Below are positions 60,651 through 64,000 of a stretch of DNA of 64,000 nucleotides, in pieces. The notes under the pieces are model-generated. The model saw only the letters and a program-made list of their open reading frames with translations. It searched no databases and was not told the origin of the DNA. Origin of the DNA: Atribacterota bacterium (GTDB lineage: Bacteria; Atribacterota; Phoenicimicrobiia; Phoenicimicrobiales; Stramentimicrobiaceae); the NCBI GenBank assembly GCA_040767965.1, contig JAXGNR010000004.1, positions 785,335 through 849,334 of the forward strand, given 5' to 3'. Each line of letters starts with the position of its first letter. Positions within the stretch are counted from its first letter, which is position 1. The position numbers were made by a program, and so were the translations under genes.

Positions 60651-60875
60651 CTATCTTTTAAATAAACGAAGGATTAAAGTTAAAAGAATACTTAAAAGAA
60701 TACTTAAGCCTAATGGAAAGTAAAAAACAAAATTTTTCTTTTTAATCAAAATATCCCCAGGCATCCTGGTTGGAAAAGAAGGAAATTTCCCAATCAATAA
60801 AAGGAAAATACCCAATAGGAAAAAAATAATTCCTAATACAATTAGTGTTTTTGCAATCACATTAAATTCATTCAT
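60651..60875 (-). CDS. DUF2905 family small membrane protein
   Basis: RMPGDI..NF.FYFPL motif; conserved position after ruvB. Confidence 0.85.
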   Translation of the reverse strand: MNEFNVIAKTLIVLGIIFFLLGIFLLLIGKFPSFPTRMPGDILIKKKNFVFYFPLGLSILLSILLTLILRLFKR

Positions 60876-60920
60876 TTTAAATAAAAAACCTTAAAAAAAA
60901 TAAAGAATCATTTTATTTTT

Positions 60921-61937
60921 TTATTCTTTAATAATACTGCTGAAATATTTAAAAGCTAGATCGGTTGTTTTTCTGCCTTGTGGTGTTCTAGCCAAAAATC
61001 CTTTCTGTAGAAGGTATGGTTCATGGACATCACAGATAGTTTCTTTATCTTCATTTATAGAAGCAGCTAAAGTGCCTAATCCAACGGGTCCACCGTTAAA
61101 CTTATCAATTATCGTTAAAAGCAACCTTTTATCAATTTCACACAAACCCAAATCATCAATCCCCATACTTTTAAGAGCAAAAGAAGCTATTTCATAGTTG
61201 ATAATTCCCTGCCCCTCTATCTGAGCATAATCCCTGATTCTTCTTAGAAGCCGATTAGCAATCCTGGGAGTACCCCTGGAACGTTTTGCAATTTCTAACG
61301 AAGCAGCTTCTTCAATTTTAATATTTAAGATTGCAGCAGATCGCGTAATTATTTTTTGTAATTCCTCATCTTTGTAATAACCAATTCTAGATATGACACC
61401 AAATCGGCTTCTCAGTGGAGAGGTAATTAATCCGGTTCTGGTAGTGGCGCCGATTAAAGTAAATTTTGCTAGGTCAATCCTGATAGACCTTGCACTGGGG
61501 CCTTTCCCAATCATTATATCTAAAACGAAATCTTCTAAAGCAGGATATAAGATTTCTTCTACTGAACGATTAAGGCGATGAATTTCATCAATAAACAATA
61601 TGTCTTTTTCTTTTAGGTTGGTAAGGATTGCTGCCAGATCTCCTGCTCTTTCAATAACTGGCCCGGAAGTCATTTTTATATTTACTCCCATTTCCTTAGC
61701 AATAATATTTGCTAGTGTTGTTTTCCCTAAACCAGGTGGCCCATACAATAAAGTATGGTCAATTGGTTCTCCTCGCTTTAAAGCAGCTTGAATATATACA
61801 GTCAGATTATCCTTAACATTTTTTTGTCCTACAAAATAAAGTAAAGACTGAGGTCTTAAATTTATCTCAGATTCCGTTCCTTCTGTTTTTAATTCCTGTT
61901 CTATTAAATCTTCTTTTTTATGCATATTAACTTCCAT
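60921..61937 (-). CDS. ruvB: Holliday junction branch migration helicase RuvB
   Basis: [22 protein letters not shown] and [11 protein letters not shown] motifs. Confidence 0.99.
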   Translation of the reverse strand: MEVNMHKKEDLIEQELKTEGTESEINLRPQSLLYFVGQKNVKDNLTVYIQAALKRGEPIDHTLLYGPPGLGKTTLANIIAKEMGVNIKMTSGPVIERAGDLAAILTNLKEKDILFIDEIHRLNRSVEEILYPALEDFVLDIMIGKGPSARSIRIDLAKFTLIGATTRTGLITSPLRSRFGVISRIGYYKDEELQKIITRSAAILNIKIEEAASLEIAKRSRGTPRIANRLLRRIRDYAQIEGQGIINYEIASFALKSMGIDDLGLCEIDKRLLLTIIDKFNGGPVGLGTLAASINEDKETICDVHEPYLLQKGFLARTPQGRKTTDLAFKYFSSIIKE

Positions 61938-61981
61938 AAAGAATAATTTCTATTAAATAATTAACTTAGCACACACTGTAA

Positions 61982-62584
61982 TTATAGTATTTTTTTGTTT
62001 AATGCGATTTTAATTAAATCTTCTAAAACAATGCTCTTTTGATTTTTTAGATCTTTCAATGTTGAAATAATTCTTTGTTTGGCCTCTTTTTCCGTATAAC
62101 CTAGTGTTTTCAAAACTTCAATACTATCTTTAATAAATCCTTTATCAGTATCATTACCTTCAGGAATATAATCTAAATTTGTTTTTAATTTTTTAAATTT
62201 TTCTTTAAGTTCTAAAACAATTTTTTTAGCAAGTCTATTCCCAATTCCAGGAACACTACTTATGAGACTAAGATTTTCTTCTAGGACAGCTTTTTTAAAT
62301 TCCTCAGGAATCATATCAATTATTATATTAAAAGCAACTTTAGGTCCTATTCCAGGGGTTTCAATTAAAATTTTAAAAAAATCTCTTTCTTTTTTTATTG
62401 GAAAGCCGTATAGAACCATCTTATCTTCTCTAATATATAAATAGGTAAAAACGCTTTGTTTTTCACTGCTTAAAACAAATTTATCTATAACCGGGACATA
62501 GACTTGATATCCGATATCATTTACATTTACAATGATTGAATCAGGTTCTTTACTTTCTATTATTCCTCTTAAAAAAGAAATCAT
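61982..62584 (-). CDS. ruvA: Holliday junction branch migration protein RuvA
   Basis: MISFLRG, RED..LYGF, GIGPK and HhH motifs. Confidence 0.96.
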   Translation of the reverse strand: MISFLRGIIESKEPDSIIVNVNDIGYQVYVPVIDKFVLSSEKQSVFTYLYIREDKMVLYGFPIKKERDFFKILIETPGIGPKVAFNIIIDMIPEEFKKAVLEENLSLISSVPGIGNRLAKKIVLELKEKFKKLKTNLDYIPEGNDTDKGFIKDSIEVLKTLGYTEKEAKQRIISTLKDLKNQKSIVLEDLIKIALNKKIL

Positions 62585-62694
62585 ATTATTATCCCGTTAT
62601 ATTCTATTTTTTCTATTTTATATATTTGCCAATTGTATACTGTAGTTTTAAATAATTATGAAAATTTTTAACAGAAGGAAATGTGTCGTTTTAT

Positions 62695-63171
62695 TCAATA
62701 AGGGTGTTTTGAATTTATATGGCAGATAGCCACTGCTAATGCATCAGCAGCATGGTCTGGCCTTGGAATGCTTGACAAAAATAGCAGGATCTTAACCATA
62801 GCCTGAACCTGATTTTTTGAAGCTATTCCATAACCAACTACCGCCTGTTTAACCTGTAATGGCGTGTAAATAAAAATATCTAAGTCAGACAAAATTGCTG
62901 TTGATGCAACTGCTCCACATACCTTCCCCACATCAATTGCACTTCTAGTATTCTTGCTAAAAAATATCTCCTCAAGAGCTAATTCATGAGGAGAGTATTT
63001 TTTAATTAATTCATCAATTTTGCAATTAATGTTTCTTATTTTTTCTTGAAAGCTAGCGTCGGACTTATTAGTAACACAACCGTAATCTAATGCAATTATT
63101 TTATTATCTTTAACTTCTACCATCCCATAGCCAGTATGGTTCAAACCAGGATCTATACCTAAAATAATCAA
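62695..63171 (-). CDS. ruvC: Crossover junction endodeoxyribonuclease RuvC
   Basis: LGIDPG, EEIFF, YTPLQVK and DHAADALAVAICH motifs. Confidence 0.97.
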   Translation of the reverse strand: MIILGIDPGLNHTGYGMVEVKDNKIIALDYGCVTNKSDASFQEKIRNINCKIDELIKKYSPHELALEEIFFSKNTRSAIDVGKVCGAVASTAILSDLDIFIYTPLQVKQAVVGYGIASKNQVQAMVKILLFLSSIPRPDHAADALAVAICHINSKHPY

Positions 63172-63183
63172 TTTTCCCCTCTA

Positions 63184-63930
63184 CTAAGTTGATAATTCTT
63201 CCATTACCTTTTCATCTATATTAAAATTAGCATAAACATTTTGAACATCATCAAGATCTTCCAGTTGCTCCATTAAGTTTAGCATTTGCTCTGCCTTTTT
63301 ACCTTCCAAATCAACAGTAGTTTGAGGTATCATAGTTATTTCTGCAACAGAATATTCTATTTCATTATCAGCTAATATTTTTTTATATTTTTCATAATCT
63401 GTTGGAGGCAAAGTAACCTCAATATTTTTTTCATCGGTTTCGATATCTTCAACTTCCACTTCTAGCGATAAATCTAAAAGAGTGTCCTGATTAACTTTTG
63501 CTTTGTCGAAAGAAAAATATGATTTCCTGGAAAATATCCAGGCAACACAACCGTTAGAACCAAGATTACCACCATTTTTTGTAAAAACCCTTCTGATTTC
63601 AGATACAGTTCTGTTACGGTTATCTGTTAAAACTTTTATTAATACAGCAACTCCTCCTGGGCCATACCCTTCGTAAGTAACATCTTCATAGGATACTCCT
63701 TCTATTTCTCCGGTACCTTTTTTGATGGCTCTTTCAATATTTTCATTTGGCATATTGTTTTCTCTTGCAAGCTGGACAGCATTGCGCAAATCAACATTTG
63801 TTTCCGGGTCACCACCATTTCGGGCTGCTACTGATATAAACCGGTTAAGCTTACCAAATAATTTTCCTTTTTGAGCATCCGCTTTTCCTTTTTTCCTTTT
63901 TATGGTACTCCACTTCGAATGTCCTGACAT
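63184..63930 (-). CDS. yebC: YebC/PmpR family protein
   Basis: MSGHSKW..IKRKK, YEGYGPGG, TDNRNRT and DDVQNVYAN motifs. Confidence 0.97.
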   Translation of the reverse strand: MSGHSKWSTIKRKKGKADAQKGKLFGKLNRFISVAARNGGDPETNVDLRNAVQLARENNMPNENIERAIKKGTGEIEGVSYEDVTYEGYGPGGVAVLIKVLTDNRNRTVSEIRRVFTKNGGNLGSNGCVAWIFSRKSYFSFDKAKVNQDTLLDLSLEVEVEDIETDEKNIEVTLPPTDYEKYKKILADNEIEYSVAEITMIPQTTVDLEGKKAEQMLNLMEQLEDLDDVQNVYANFNIDEKVMEELST

Positions 63931-64000
63931 ATTATTTTCCTCTTTTAAATTTTTTTTATTTTATCATATAAAAAAAATCGTTGCAATTTACCTATAAATA

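Noticed and set aside
697-62444. Many short plus-strand ORFs in the ORF track (e.g. 21049..21570, 29979..30518, 40787..41287)
   Set aside because: They lie antisense to well-conserved genes, lack recognisable motifs and look like codon-mirror shadows
1-64000. CRISPR array, prophage, integrase or island at the tmRNA/tRNA 3' ends
   Set aside because: No spaced direct repeats, phage or integrase genes, or duplicated tRNA/tmRNA 3' ends seen

Overview
AT-rich, low-GC bacterial chromosomal segment. All credible genes lie on the minus strand. Gene order is Firmicutes-like (yebC-ruvCAB-queA-tgt-yajC-secDF-recJ-apt-rel-dtd; comF-hpf-secA-prfB; ftsEX; gltX; smpB-ssrA; tlyA-nadK-recN). The gene content points to an anaerobic fermenter, plausibly Atribacterota/JS1-like; this is an unverified inference. 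Features missing from the ORF track include tmRNA (tag ANDNELALAA), tRNA-Glu(CTC), tRNA-Gln(CTG), a raiA-motif ncRNA between comF and hpf, the prfB programmed +1 frameshift and a 28-aa peptide gene. A ~17 kb block encodes a GntR regulator, a 2-oxoacid:ferredoxin oxidoreductase, AckA, NfnAB, glutamate dehydrogenase and a methylmalonyl-CoA mutase/epimerase/Na+-decarboxylase pathway. The most novel signal is a four-gene cassette between hpf and secA (42640-45434): a conserved hypothetical protein, a small signal-peptide-like ORF (MKINRAKIISFLISVMALLLAGGARFRL) enclosed by a 22-bp long-range inverted repeat, a membrane-sensor HD-GYP phosphodiesterase and a DUF5317-like membrane protein. It looks like a peptide-signalling system coupled to cyclic dinucleotide turnover. 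Several genes carry single-base homopolymer frameshifts that are most likely assembly errors. No CRISPR array, prophage or transposase was seen.
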